Shown: positions 1 to 13,064 of the stretch, in pieces | How positions within the stretch are numbered: position 1 is the stretch's first letter | Layout of the letters: the number at the start of each line of letters is the position of its first letter | Assembly (NCBI RefSeq): GCF_006345805.1 | Contig: NC_043008.1 | Coordinates: 43,896,001-43,960,000, forward strand | Origin: Octopus sinensis | Lineage: Eukaryota | Length of the DNA stretch: 64,000 bases | Reading direction: 5' to 3' | Notes under the pieces: generated by a model | The model's database searches: none | Told to the model about the DNA's origin: nothing | The model's input: the letters and a program-made list of their open reading frames with translations, nothing else | Position numbers and translations under genes: made by a program

Positions 1-40
1 GGACCACTGTTATTCATAATGGTATTTATCCACTTTCCGA

Positions 41-279
41 AGGCGGCGAGCTGGTAGAATCGTTAGCACGCCGAGCGAAATGCTTAGCGGTATTTCGTCT
101 GCGGTTACGTTCTGAGTTCAAATTCCGCCGAGGTCGACTCTGCCTTTCATCCCTTCGGGGTCGATTAAATAAGTAGCAGTTACACACTGGGGTCTATATA
201 ATCAACTTAATCCGTTTGTCTGTCCTTGTTTGTTCTCTCTGTGTTTAGTCCCTTGTGGGTAGTAAAGAAATAAGTATTC
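41..279 (+). mobile_element. tRNA-derived SINE, family A (head GGCGGCGAGCTGG), near full length
   Basis: A-box-like CTGGTAGAATCG, B-box-like GAGTTCAAATTCC and core GCCTTTCATCCCTTCGGGGTCGATTAAATAAGTA; homologous copies at 35807, 38648, 40796, 61437 and 61834. Confidence 0.9.
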
Positions 280-284
280 ATCCA

Positions 285-372
285 CACAGAAGGCTTTGGT
301 CAGTTCGAGGATACAACAGAAGATATTTGCGCAGTGGGATTGAAACCGGAACCGTGTGGTTGGGAAGCAAAT
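285..372 (-). mobile_element. SINE family B, 5' head fragment
   Basis: Reverse complement matches the head of the family-B copies at 12849 and 19060. Confidence 0.7.
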
Positions 373-786
373 AGAGGTATTTTTTAAAACTTTCAAGAAA
401 GAGAGGGCGGTTACTTAAAATAGTCGTGAACAATGAATGTAGGATGTTTTTCTGAGAATGTTTTTTTTTTCGAAATGCTCACAGAACACCAAGATACACA
501 ATGGCATAAAATACCAACACAAAACCCGGCTCGCAAAACACTCAAAATTAAAAATCAATAACGGCTCATCAGTCTGATAAGAAGTTGCTGCGAGGAAAAT
601 GGTAAAAATTCTTCAGTAGAAATATTTTAAACAAAGAAGAACGTTCAACGCGGCATAATTTAGAAAAAAACGTGAGAAAACAAGGAACTGAAAAGAAAAT
701 ATTACGTTGACAGACAGACGGATACTACAACAGTAAGATGAAGATCTGAGATAAAAAGCAAGCGAATGGTGGCCAAAGTATCCTTT

Positions 787-930
787 TTGTTGCAGTTGTT
801 GTTGTAGCTGTCGTTGTTGCAGCTGTCGTTATTATTGATAGTGATGATAATGATGGTGAAGATGATGATGATGGTTATTATTATTCTACCGTTGTTATTA
901 GCATTCTTATTATTATTACTGTTAGTATTG
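787..930. repeat. Compound trinucleotide microsatellite (GTT/GAT/TTA)
   Basis: Visible tandem triplets; explains the N/I-rich ORF 702..956. Confidence 0.85.
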
Positions 931-1094
931 CAGATGACAATTAGAATTAAAGTCACGTAAGCTGGTGACCATTACTGCTGAGTTTGTAGCGCCACAAAAA
1001 TGGTTTTAACTACGAGCTTCGGCTGTCTTAAGAAGAAGTTAAAATATTTTGTCTGCCCGACTAAATTTCATTACCGATTCTAAAAGACTCTTAT

Positions 1095-1111
1095 CATAAA
1101 TACATACATGC

Positions 1112-1142
<31 letters not shown>

Positions 1143-1241
1143 CATACGTAGGTACATACATGTATATTTATATATATATATAAGCGTGTATATATGCATA
1201 TATATATGTCTATACACTCATACATATTATACATGCTTACG

Positions 1242-1281
<40 letters not shown>

Positions 1282-1403
1282 AACGCACACATACATACAT
1301 AAATACATTGATACATACATAACTATATATACATGCATATACAACATACATCTATGTACATGTATATCTATATGTATGTATGTATCTATCTATGCATGTA
1401 TAT

Positions 1404-1436
<33 letters not shown>

Positions 1437-1480
1437 GAATCTGTGTATATATATAAATAAATCTATTTATCTATCTACCT
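1095..1480. repeat. Compound (TACA)n/(TA)n/(CA)n/(TCTA)n microsatellite
   Basis: Visible tandem repeats. Similar compound tracts recur at about 5.1, 5.8, 7.2-7.7, 9.1-9.9, 11.1, 24.4, 39.2-39.8, 42.6-43.9, 52.5-53.6, 58.6-59.3 and 63.2 kb. Confidence 0.95.
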
Positions 1481-1818
1481 ACCAATCTATCAACCTCCAT
1501 TTTCTCTCTTATTCCCACACCATCTCTGTCTCTCTGTTACTCTCCCCCTCTCCTTTTCCTCACTATGTTTTTCTCACCATTTCCCACATAGGGAAACATA
1601 CTTAACACCACAAGAATCGCACGTATATGTATTTATATACACAGCTCTCCATTCTTACTGCCACTTTCTATGATGGACTGCTCCTATTTGTTTCCCTTTA
1701 CACACTCACACTTACATAACAAATTAAATAAAACCCACAGCTTTCCACTCTTTAGTTACATTACTGACACAAGACGTTTTTCCAGATTTTCTTTAATACA
1801 CCAAAGAACTATCAAAAT

Positions 1819-1839
1819 GTATTATTATTATTATTATCA

Positions 1840-1906
<67 letters not shown>

Positions 1907-1926
1907 TACTATTATAATTATTATTA

Positions 1927-2018
<92 letters not shown>
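1819..2018. repeat. (TTA)n microsatellite, about 200 bp
   Basis: Nearly pure TTA run; directly abuts the 3' end of the R4/Dong-like element. Confidence 0.98.
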
Positions 2019-2021
<3 letters not shown>

Positions 2022-2626
2022 CTTTCACTGCACTACCGAGCGCAGCTCTGTGTGCCTTGGGTATGTGCTGTGGCTTCCTGTGATGCTCTTATGTTTACTG
2101 TATTGAAATTGTTCTACGTAGGATGTGTTCAGCACCTAGTGGTGCTATTTTCTGTATGTTATATATCTTTGTTAGTCTTGGTGTTTTTGTTATGTATTTG
2201 TCTGGATATTTTTTTTATCATACTTAATGCGCCTACTATGATAGGGATTGATTCTGTTTTTAGACTTCACATTCGAGTTACCTCTGTTTCCAGGTCTTTG
2301 TATTTTGGAAGTTTCTTCATTTCTTTAAAGAAACATTTTCATCTGCTGGTACTGATACGTCAATTAGAAAGCATTTTTCTTCATGATCTCTGATAACTAT
2401 ATCTGTCCTATTGGCCTTAATTTCTCTATGTGTGTGTCTTGGCATATCCCAGAGTATGGTTGCTTTCTCATTTTTTGTAACCTTTTCTGGCGTGTGCCTA
2501 TAGCATCTTTTTTTCTGTTGTTATTCCATAGTGTTGGCATAGCTTCCAGTGTATGTAGGTCCCAACCCTGTCGTGTCTGTGAACATATGCCTTCTTAGCC
2601 AGAACTGGACAGCCAGAGATAATATC
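2019..2626 (-). mobile_element. 5'-truncated R4/Dong-like non-LTR retrotransposon with a degenerate restriction-like endonuclease (REL) domain
   Basis: Minus-strand translation, with frameshifts and a stop, gives IISGCPVLAKKAYVHRHDRVGTYIHWKLCQHYG...ATILWD...KANRTDIVIRDHEEKCFLIDVSVPADEN...KYKDLE...IPIIVGAL. This has the CCHC/RHD and PD..D motifs of REL-type LINEs. Stop at 2095-2097, then a short 3' UTR and a (TAA)n tail. Confidence 0.88.
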
Positions 2627-4984
2627 ATTCTGATGGAATCTTTGAAGTTAGATCTCTTTAAAAAAAGATTTTCTCACAGAAATTGGAGGCAACCTCGGTC
2701 GGTTTTGCATTAAAAGAGTTCTGAAGAATGTGGGAAATAATCCCCAATATTTGTTTAGTCGTTTTTATTGGAATTAATTTTGTTTGTTTCGAATTATTTT
2801 GAAAATTATGAAGGATTTTATAAATAACTCACCAAACTGGTTTTGGGGGCATAACAAGAAATTGCTTTGGAAATCTTACTTTAGATTACTTTAAAACGAG
2901 ATGTTTGTATCATAAAATCCATGGCAGGTGGGGTGGGCAAGGCTGAATCGAAAGCAAGATACATTAGGCAATATAGTGCCTGAAATACAAAAATCAAAAA
3001 GAAACAAAACAAAAAGCAACAAGAATATAACACATACAGGATTAACAAGAACAACGAAATCTGCAACAAAAGATCCTCTTTGCAGTTACTCGACCACCTT
3101 GAATTAGCAGCCAAATCTCCGTCACGTCATGGATTGATGTTTTAGTAGGCAAATAATACACTGGGGAGTGATTTGAAATTTAACAAGACGAGGTGGCCAT
3201 GTACGGAATGCTTCTGATTATAAGTGTCCAACCAGATAGAAATAAAAGCCAAGTATCCCTCATATAACATCGCACCTTCTTAGAAATGGCACCTTTTGTT
3301 GTATAACCTCGGTGTTTACTGCACATAGGAAAAAGACGGGATAGTCACGGTTGGATTGTTTTGGGTGACTGATTCGCTGGTTCACGCCCGACCGAGATTT
3401 AAACTACAGCAGCAGCAGTAACGGTAGCAGCACATCAATGGCAACAATAATAACAACAGGACCTACTCTACAACAACAACAGCAACAATATGAAATTAAC
3501 TATAATATGAGATTATGAGATTACAAATATAATTATAAACATACAATAACTCTGCCCCTCATTGTGTCTTGTTGTTGTTGTTGTTGTTGTTATTGTTCTT
3601 CTTTTTCTTCTTCTTCTTTCTCTCCCTCTTCCCTCTCTCTGTCTCTCTCCCCCTCATACAATTCTTCATATTCCCGTTGTTTATTTTCTCAATTTCTCCC
3701 CACTTTTCACTTAGTTTTCTTCATCTAATCTCCGTCAGAGTTTCACCTAACCATTTTCAAAATGAGGTCTTTACGACCTGAAGGTTGCATAAGCGATGAT
3801 TTACGAACGATGGACCGATAGGAAACGGCAAGAACAAAGTCAACTATTACGTTACTCACAGACAAAAACAAACAAAAAAAAAACAAACAGAGGTTGGATT
3901 GTGGAATATATTAAGTCCTGTCAGTGCCTTATTATGTTGGGCATGACTACCCCACCCCTCAGCCTTTAACCTTCGGTTGGTTCATTAAGACAGCAAGATG
4001 TTTTTATGCTAGATTGAGCTCTTCCTTACTAATTAAGGCAAGTGAATCAAATGAAATTAACTCTCATTAAGATTCTACTTTTGAAAATCACCATTTTCAT
4101 TCGCGAATTAAAGAATCACGTTGATTTTTGTATTTCTAAATATTTTAGGTGTATTTTAATTTTAAATATAACAAAGACACTCGCAGAAAGAAGTAAAAGA
4201 AAAACGAAACAAACAAGAGTAAAAAGAAAAACAAAAACCCCCCAAAAATATCCCTCTTACTAAGAGTCATCCAGAATTTAACTAAATCAAAATTTCGTCG
4301 CGGTAATAAAACGTGATTCTCTGTGATATTTTATCAGGTTTTTCCCTTAATTATACGGGAATATTGATGGCACAGGTGAGCTGTAAGATATTTTAGGATG
4401 AATTTAGCATTTTTTTTTATATGCCATAAATAAGACTCGGTCAAAGAGATAGCGTTCTAATTAAGAATAATATTTCATGCAATAAAGAGATGAATTATTA
4501 ACCTGACCCGTAATATTTGCCGACAAATATCTTTATTTCCTTTCAGTTCTCTATTCTACATCGATCTGTTCATTTAATCAACGCTCCGATTTTGTAAATT
4601 TCTCTAAAAATTGCAAAGTGTTGATCGATGAGCGAGTAAGGTTTTCTCGTAGAGAAACAATCGATACTCCGTTCCATATGATCCATTTCGACACATATTC
4701 TGGAACGACGAGGCAGATTCTGACTGAAAGAGAGCAGATGAGAGAGGGAGACAGAAAGGCAGGAAAAATTAGCCACAGACCGAGAGAGAAAGAGAAAAAG
4801 AAAAGAATTAACAGGAGATGACACGAGGTGACAACGAGGGAAAACCAGGACAAAGTACACTATTCTTTAAATGATAGCTTATTTATCGACTGAGGATACT
4901 ATATACTATATACAGTGGTTCCACCTTGTTTCTAAATCTTCACTCATTTTCTTTCGTTCTTCTCCCTCTCCTCTTTCTCTCTTT

Positions 4985-5075
4985 CTTTCTTCAGACAAAG
5001 GATTGACTTACGAAACGTCACAACAATTTCTTTTTTCATTCAAAACCTGAAGAATTACCTAAGTAGCCTCACAGC
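4985..5075 (+). mobile_element. Degenerate Penelope-like (pLTR-type) remnant
   Basis: CAGACAA-AGGATTGACTTAC-GAAACGTC resembles a decayed minimal hammerhead core, as seen in the other repeats here. Confidence 0.3.
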
Positions 5076-5381
5076 TGTCAGGGTATAATATAAATACCAT
5101 AGTTGTACGTACGTACGTATGTATGTATGTATGTATGTATGTATGTATGTATGTATGTATGTATGTAGTATGTATGTATGTATGTATGTATGTGTGTGTG
5201 TACATGTATGTATGTATGCATGTATATATGTGTATATGTATGTATGTGTGTGTATGCATGCATGTATGTATGTATGTGTGTATGTATGAATGATTGTAGG
5301 CGTATATGTATGTATGCGTGCCTGTATGTATCTATGTACATATCTACATTCATATGTATGTGTATATATGAGTGTGACTGT

Positions 5382-5578
5382 TCTTTTATTCTTTTACTTG
5401 TTTGAGTCATTTGACTGTGGCCATGCTGGAGCAGCACATTCAAGCGAACAAATCGACCCCAGGACATACTTTGTAAGCCCAGTACTTATTCTATTGGTGA
5501 CATTTGCTGAACCGCTAAGTTACGGGCGACGTAAATACACCAGCACCGGTTGTCAAGCAATGGCGGTGAAGGATGAAT

Positions 5579-5609
<31 letters not shown>

Positions 5610-5781
5610 CAACGGGCTTCTTTCAGTTTCCACCCGCTGCATACAAATTGACTCACAAAGCTTTGGTTGGCCCAAGGCTAGAATAGAAGACACTTGCTCA
5701 AGATGCCACGCAGTGGGACTGAACCCGGAACCATGTGGTTTGGAAACAAAGCTTCTTACCAGACAGCCACTCCTGCGCCTA
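5382..5781 (-). mobile_element. SINE family B (head GGCGCAGGAGTGGCTG, CORE-like segment, internal TA/TG microsatellite), full length
   Basis: Collinear with the copies at 12849, 19060, 23438 and 49310. Confidence 0.92.
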
Positions 5782-5812
5782 TGTCTATATGTATATACAT
5801 ATATATACACAC

Positions 5813-5865
<53 letters not shown>

Positions 5866-6348
5866 CATACATATATACATATATACATACATCCGTACAT
5901 ATATATGACTATGTATCTACATATTTACATATCCATATAAGCATAAACATTTGTATGCATATATATGTCTATATGTATTTGCATGTATGTATATATGCAT
6001 GTATGTATGTGTGTGTACATATATACATCTGTATATATATATATATATATATACATTAAATGTTTGAACTCTTATCAACAAAATGTTGAATTTATTTTAA
6101 TATGCGTATATATATATATATGTATGGAGTTATGAAGCAACCACCCTTCACCCCTTTCTATCGATACTTTCCAATTTGAGCTAAACGCCCAAATCTATAT
6201 ATCTGTCTATCTATCGATCTTGACAACCTACATTCATAGATACTTCAAATAATTAAAAATAGAAGAGACCATACGCACATACATATGTATACATACGTTT
6301 TCACATACCTTCATAAATACAAGCACACACATACATGATCATCCATAC

Positions 6349-6393
<45 letters not shown>

Positions 6394-7277
6394 ATTGTTG
6401 GGCACCACCGTTCCACCGTTCCTTCAGCCCATCAACGAACTATCACTGTGTATATATTACTTTGGCTACAAAGATAGCAAATGTACGCTTTATTTCTAAC
6501 CTTTTGGCAATCCATCAATACGCCGATACTTCAAATCCCCGCCTTACGTCACTCTATCAAATATTCTGGTTCGTCTTATGTAATTACAAAAGTCACACAC
6601 ACGAAAATCCTTCAACGTCCACCCACAAAGCTTATTGGTCGACCATCAGCAAAATATTTCTCTATCTAGTGACTTCCAATAACTCAAAGCTAAACCTCAG
6701 ACGGAAATAACATTTTCTATGTCCTCGTAGGTTTCCTGTCTCCAATCTGCTTGCCTACATGTAAATACATACAGATCGAGTCGCATTCCCACATACAAAA
6801 CGTGTGTCTGTAAAACTTATCTGCTCGCATTTTGTTTATCGTTTTCCTTCCGTTCTTATATTAAAATAAATCAACTTTTAGGGCGGAATTGGATGTTAGT
6901 AAAATTCGGTTGTTGTTTTTTAAAACTGTTTTTTTTTTGTCTTTATTATCTATCGTTTTGTATAATTGGGATTTTTTTTCTGTGTGTTTCTTTGATTTTT
7001 ACTTATGTTGTACGTTATATTTGTTTTATATACTGGGGAAAACAGCACACGGCTTTCATGTCGTTCTTTATTCATTGAAATTCGTCGGCGATATCTGAGA
7101 ATCGGTTTATCAACGTTAGGTAGAGTGTGATTACACTTTTCTTCCTGTCGCTCAAGCTGAAACGATAACACTATATACACATACACGCACATATACACGG
7201 ACACATATACACACATACTAATATACATATACAGACACACATATAGTTACACATATATATGTATACGCACATACAGA

Positions 7278-7311
<34 letters not shown>

Positions 7312-7324
7312 CTATATATATATA

Positions 7325-7368
<44 letters not shown>

Positions 7369-7457
7369 ACATATATATATAATATATTTTTCAGTGCGTG
7401 GTGAGGCACAAGCCAAGCCCTGTTATAATTATGTATATGCATAGATAGATACATAAG

Positions 7458-7509
<52 letters not shown>

Positions 7510-7597
7510 GCATAGATAGATACACACACACACACAACACGCACCACACACACACATATATATATAATATGTATGTATGCATAGATAGATACACCAC

Positions 7598-7646
<49 letters not shown>

Positions 7647-8342
7647 AAATTTACATATATATGTATATTTAAATATATAGAATGGTATCAACTAAACTAT
7701 TATATGTGGTTGTACATCGCTGGTCACAATACCTCTCACATTGGTTTAGTTTTGGAACGTCGCTTCCTCTGTGGCTAGACGAAAAGGCCATATAATATAT
7801 AATAGATAATGTAATATAATATATGTTATATGTGTATATGTGTGTTTATATGTATATGTGTGAGTGCGTATGTACGTATTTGTGTTTGTGTTTTTGTGTG
7901 TACATGTATGCGCGTGTGTTTGTGTTTGTACGTGCGTGTGTGTAACACATGTACGAGCATAGCTGTGTTATTACTCTTTTCGTTTCGTAACCAGGTGGTT
8001 TCAAATTCGAGTGCAAGTGCCCCTTGGCGACACAAGTATTCTGATTGAATTCGATAAATATATATTCTATGGTAGTTCGCTGAATACATACATATATACA
8101 TCCACACACACACACACACACACCACACACACACACACCACACACATATATATATATATATATTTCATAAATAAGGGTGAAAAATATCTATATTTTCGTT
8201 GTATTTCACTTTCCTTATGTTGAAGGTAATGTTATTTCTTGGTGGAAACAACTTCGGTGTCTATACAAGAATAAGGAGCTATTTTTAGCACTAGAGTTAA
8301 CCACTTAGCGGTAACTCTCTTATATTTATGTGTATATATATA

Positions 8343-8377
<35 letters not shown>

Positions 8378-8755
8378 CTAGCAGTATCGCCCGGCGTTGC
8401 TCGGGTTTGTAGGGAAATAACTATAAAGCATTTTAGAGAGTTATAGCAAAAAAATAGCAAAAAAATGGAAAAAAATTATGGTAAATTTATTTTTGAGAGT
8501 TAAAAGGTGAGTTGCGTCCCCTAGACAGTCTGTGGTTTGTGTTTCTGATTCTCGACCCCATGTCGAATTTATCGATTTTTTTCAGAACTGGGGGAACTTT
8601 TCAAAATTTTCGCTGCGTTAGTTTTGAATTATGACATTGGGCTATGTGTGTGTCAAGTTCACATCAGAATCGGTTGAAAGCCGTGGTCAGGGTGAGGGTA
8701 CAACCTGACAGACACACAGAAACACACACAGACAAACTGCCGTTTATATATATAT
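8378..8755 (-). mobile_element. Non-autonomous Helitron-like element
   Basis: On the minus strand it starts TATATATAAACGGCAGTTTGTCTGTGTG and ends with the hairpin CCCGAGCAACGCCGGG followed by CTAG|T; the 3' end is identical to the element at 27489-27874. Confidence 0.8.
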
Positions 8756-8781
8756 ATATATATATATATGTAGTTATGTGT

Positions 8782-9080
8782 GGAGACGCAATGGCCCAGT
8801 GGTTAGGGTAGCGGACTCGCGGTTTCGATTTCCAAACCGGGCATTGTGAGTGTTTATTGAGTGAAAACACCCAAAGCTCCACGAGGCTCCAGCAGGGGGG
8901 CTGGCGATCCATTCTGTACACGTTCGCCACAACTTTCTCTCACTCTTTCTTCTGTTGGCCTGCTCGCTTAGCCAGAGGGGTGGCGTCACTTGAAGGCTAA
9001 AACAATGCAAAGCGCATTGTGACCAGCGATATGTAACAACATCTGATAGCCTGGTCGGTCACGGTGATCACGGTGATATA
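8782..9080 (+). mobile_element. tRNA-derived SINE family C (head GGAGGCGCAATGGCCCAGTGG), tail type X
   Basis: A-box TGGCCCAGTGG and B-box GGTTTCGATTTCC; head shared with 31412, 41249 and 46274 but the 3' tail differs. Confidence 0.88.
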
Positions 9081-9414
9081 GTTATACGCAAATATAAATG
9101 TATGTATGTATGTATGTATGTATGTATGTATGTATGTATGTATGTATGTATGCATGTATGCATGCGTATAAATATCTCTGTATCTTTGCGTTTATCCCCG
9201 ACCAGCGTGATGAAGGATATTGTGGAGAAAACTTTCAACTGACCGGGAAGGCGTAGCTTTAAACTGGACGCAGTACAATGAACTAAAGCAATAAAAGCGT
9301 ATATAAATCTGTATGCATTTGCAAATATATGTATGTATGTGTGGTATGTATGTATGTATATATGTATGTATATGAGTATGTATGTATTTATTTATCTATC
9401 TATCTATCTATTTA

Positions 9415-9445
<31 letters not shown>

Positions 9446-9597
9446 GACTGTCTGTCTGTCTGTCTGTATGTCTGTCTGTCTGTCTGTTTATCAATCTATC
9501 TATCTATCTATCTATCTTGCTCTCTTTCTCTCTCTCTCTTTCTCTCTCTCTACACTCACACGTGCGCTCGCACACGCACACGCATTCGCACACACAC

Positions 9598-9720
9598 ATA
9601 CGTGGAAATGCAGAAAAGTTCCTGGATTTGAGTAAAAGAAAATACAGAATCAGTTAATTATGATTTTATTCAACATATTTCCCCCACAAATTCATACACT
9701 TAATGCAGCGGTCATTCAAT
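9598..9720. mobile_element. Mariner terminal fragment
   Basis: GAAAAGTTCCTGGATTTGAGTAAAAG...TTTTATTCAACATATTTCCC resembles a mariner TIR and subterminal region; no transposase included. Confidence 0.55.
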
Positions 9721-10930
9721 ATATGAATGTATGTATGTATGTATATATGTATATATGTATGTATGTATGTATGTATACATGTGTGTATGTATGTATGTAT
9801 TTTCATATATCTCTGTGTGTGTATACACACACACACATATATATGTAGAATTGTACATACTCCCATACGCACAAATATACACAAAACAAATGCAGTCATT
9901 TATGCGCATGCGCCCGCGAGTTCGCATGCACCCACATGCATATATATTTATCAATCCAATATATCATCTGTTCTTCTCAGTCTATAAAAATTAATGAAAC
10001 GAAAAACGAAGAAAATGAAAAGAAAATATAAAGCAGAAAAAAATATTAAATACATCAAAAAGACAAGAATGTTTATAGCGAAAAATCGCAGCCAATTTGA
10101 TTCAAGGGATATATTTGGGGGTAAATATATACAGAGCGATATCAAGAGAGAGTAGTCTGGAGAACAGAGAGGGTATGAGAGAGAGAGAGAATGAAGGAGA
10201 AAGAGAGAGAGGATGGGGTAGAGTGAGAGAAATATAGATAAAGTAATCTAGAGAGTGATACGTAGGCTCATGAATAAATAAGTAGATAGAATGTGATTGA
10301 TAGATAGATGAATAGAGAGTGACAGGGAATGAGAAACCTGGGAAAGAGCTGCATGTATGTATATATAACTAAAAATAGCGGTTCTAAAATCTCTGTAAGA
10401 GATCAACGCAGTAGTTGTACTGATAAGTAATATTCGTAGCCACTTCAACATGGCTTCCCGTTCGAACGGATTTTACTGCGACTTTTTAACCCCAAGAGGA
10501 CATCTCCTCTGGCTGGTTAACGATGCACATCTGCATCCAAGATGCTGCGAGTAGGGGGAGAGAAACCCTATCACCCTGGAGCAACGGGTCCAGCAGACCA
10601 GCCTGGTTTCGGGCTATTTCTGCCTCACTTCAGTACTGGACACCTCGTCTACTAGAGATGGCTGTAGCTCGCTTCTACTGGCAATATGTATAATTTCAAG
10701 CGATCTACAGTCGCTGATGTTGCAGCAAGCAAAAATGCTTGTACTAAAATCTCTCTCAAAGATTTTAAGGGCTTAAAACATTGGTGAAACATTGCGCAAA
10801 TATGTCCCGATTAAGAGGTCCATTTTCCGGGAAAGGCATGCTCTGGCGTGGAATAAATAAAAATTTATATGTCATTCTATTGTAAAAATTGCCTAGCAAC
10901 GACTGGCTATTCAGACGGCATGTATATATA

Positions 10931-11128
10931 TGTACCGCGTGTGTACCGTTGGCGATTTTTTTCCTCCGTCTTCCCTTCTTTGGATCTTTCCTTTTCCTAT
11001 ATTCTGAAGAAGACCTCCGCTCGAAACGTTAAACCCTCCTTCTTTCCTGAGCGTCCAGTAATATTATATTTGTTCTACGTCCTCGCGTTGTTGTGTTTTT
11101 TTGTGCTTTCTTGTTTTGATTAACTAAC

Positions 11129-11130
<2 letters not shown>
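10931..11130 (+). mobile_element. About 200-bp Penelope-like non-autonomous repeat (family P1) with a minimal hammerhead-like motif
   Basis: Homologous to 32622-32832 (-) and 53611-53820 (+); contains CTGAAGA-A-GACC-TCC-GCTC-GAAAC-GTT-AAAC at 11004-11034. Confidence 0.75.
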
Positions 11131-11162
<32 letters not shown>

Positions 11163-11180
11163 TGTATCTATGTATGTATG

Positions 11181-11219
<39 letters not shown>

Positions 11220-11722
11220 TATATATTATATATATAAGATATATATATATATATATATATATAAATATTATTTATGTACCTCTATCTATCTAAATTCTTT
11301 CTCGGGACGAATATTGTGGCTTTATGTTTTCAGATGAACATCCTCGTTAAACGAGTTATACAGAATACGTCATAGATATAAGAAAATGATCAAAATATAT
11401 ATGCGATAAAATAATTCGTATTATATTTCTCTCTATAGGAGTCGCCCCGAGTACAATAAAATTTAGCATTATGTTAAAATACAAAATGATCATATTTATG
11501 ATAACTGCCACATGAATTAAATCATAAGCAAGCAATGGCTTAGAAAGGCTCGAATTTTTAAATAAACTGAGGGAAAATGCAAAATTTAGGGTTGTTAGAA
11601 AGTGATGGTAGCCTTGAGCAATGTAGCTCTTTTGACAGCAGTCTAATTTTCTAACTCAATGAAATTACTTTAAATACTCTAGAATACTAGAATACAAAAT
11701 ATATAAAGAAAATATATCCACG

Positions 11723-11807
<85 letters not shown>

Positions 11808-12029
11808 ATATATATAATATATATATATATATATGTATATGTTGTTCGGAAAATACTATCAGAATTTTCAAAAACATTTTTTCAAATTCACTTTAAGATG
11901 TTATTTTTGCTGTGTTTTAGACGAAACTTTACATGCTTAATAATTATTATGAACTCTTTAATTCAGTTTTATTGATTTCTTTCAGAATTTAATTTTGAAG
12001 CGTAGAAATCCTTAATTTCAAACATGGGG

Positions 12030-12310
12030 CAAAGAAGAAAAGAAATGCGTTTATTTTAGTTTATTTTTGCATGGATTCGAGCTTGAACATAATGACCAAA
12101 AGATGAAGGGTCCATAAGTGATAGGAAAGTATGATGGTGGCTTTAGAGAGTGCGTAGTGGGGATAAGAACCTTGAAGATCGAAAAGTTAAAGGGCGACCA
12201 CCCACCGTTGATGATCAGTATTCGAAAAGAATACACCTTTCAGGAACCCAAGGTAAGCATTACATCGGAAGTTTACTGTAAGCAACTGGAAGAAACGCAA
12301 AATGAGACTT
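12030..12310 (+). pseudogene. Heavily deleted mariner transposase remnant
   Basis: FLHGFELEHN resembles the mariner N-terminal FLYEFKLGHN, and SITSEVYCKQLEE resembles the TITxEVYCxQL motif of the DDD domain. Confidence 0.45.
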
Positions 12311-12339
12311 GCACTTGAATGTGTGTCGTTCTGTCTGTG

Positions 12340-12565
12340 TGTCTCCTACCACCACCGCTGGGCATCCTGTGTTGGTGTCTTTATGTTCCCGCAATCTGGC
12401 GGTTCGGCAAAGATACCGATAGAATAAGTACCAGGCCTTATGAAACAGAAAAACACCCCAAGTACTGGGGCCGATTCATTCAACTAAATATTTAGCAAGG
12501 CGGTGCTCCAGCATGGCCGCAATCGAATGACTGACTGACTCAAGTATAATAAAAGAAAGAAGAGA
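12340..12565 (+). mobile_element. SINE family B, 3' half
   Basis: GCGGTTCGGCAAAG...GATAGAATAAGTACCAGGC...GGCGGTGCTCCAGCATGGCCGC matches family B. Confidence 0.8.
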
Positions 12566-12848
12566 AAAGTTGTTAGAAGGAAAATTACCTATTCATACAA
12601 GTTACAGGTAAGAATACAGGTTCGTGAAGATGGTGATCAAATACAAATGCGATAAACAAAATGTTGAAATGAGAAAGAGGAAACTGCGTTCAACACCTGA
12701 CATTTGAGTTCAAAGTGATTTCAGAAACATATCTCACATGGAAAGATAGCATGTCCAAACGGTCATGAATACTACATGAAAGTGAAGAAAATTGAATTTC
12801 AAGAGTTTACCAGGAACATTATCAGTTTATGCATACCATATACATATA

Positions 12849-13027
12849 GGCGCAGGAGTAGCTGTGTGGTAAGACGCTTGCTTCCCAACCATATGGTACC
12901 GGGTTCAGTCCTACTGCGTGGCATCTTGGGTAAGTGTCTTCTACTATAGCCTCGGGCCAACCAAAGCCTTGTGAATGGATTTGGCAGACGGAAACTGAAA
13001 GAAGCCCGTCGTATATATATCTATATC

Positions 13028-13064
<37 letters not shown>

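Noticed and set aside
560-575. Minus-strand CTGATGAG (also plus-strand CTGATGAG at about 50324 and CTGAAGAG at about 60866)
   Set aside because: No properly placed GAAA, stem III and cleavage triplet follow
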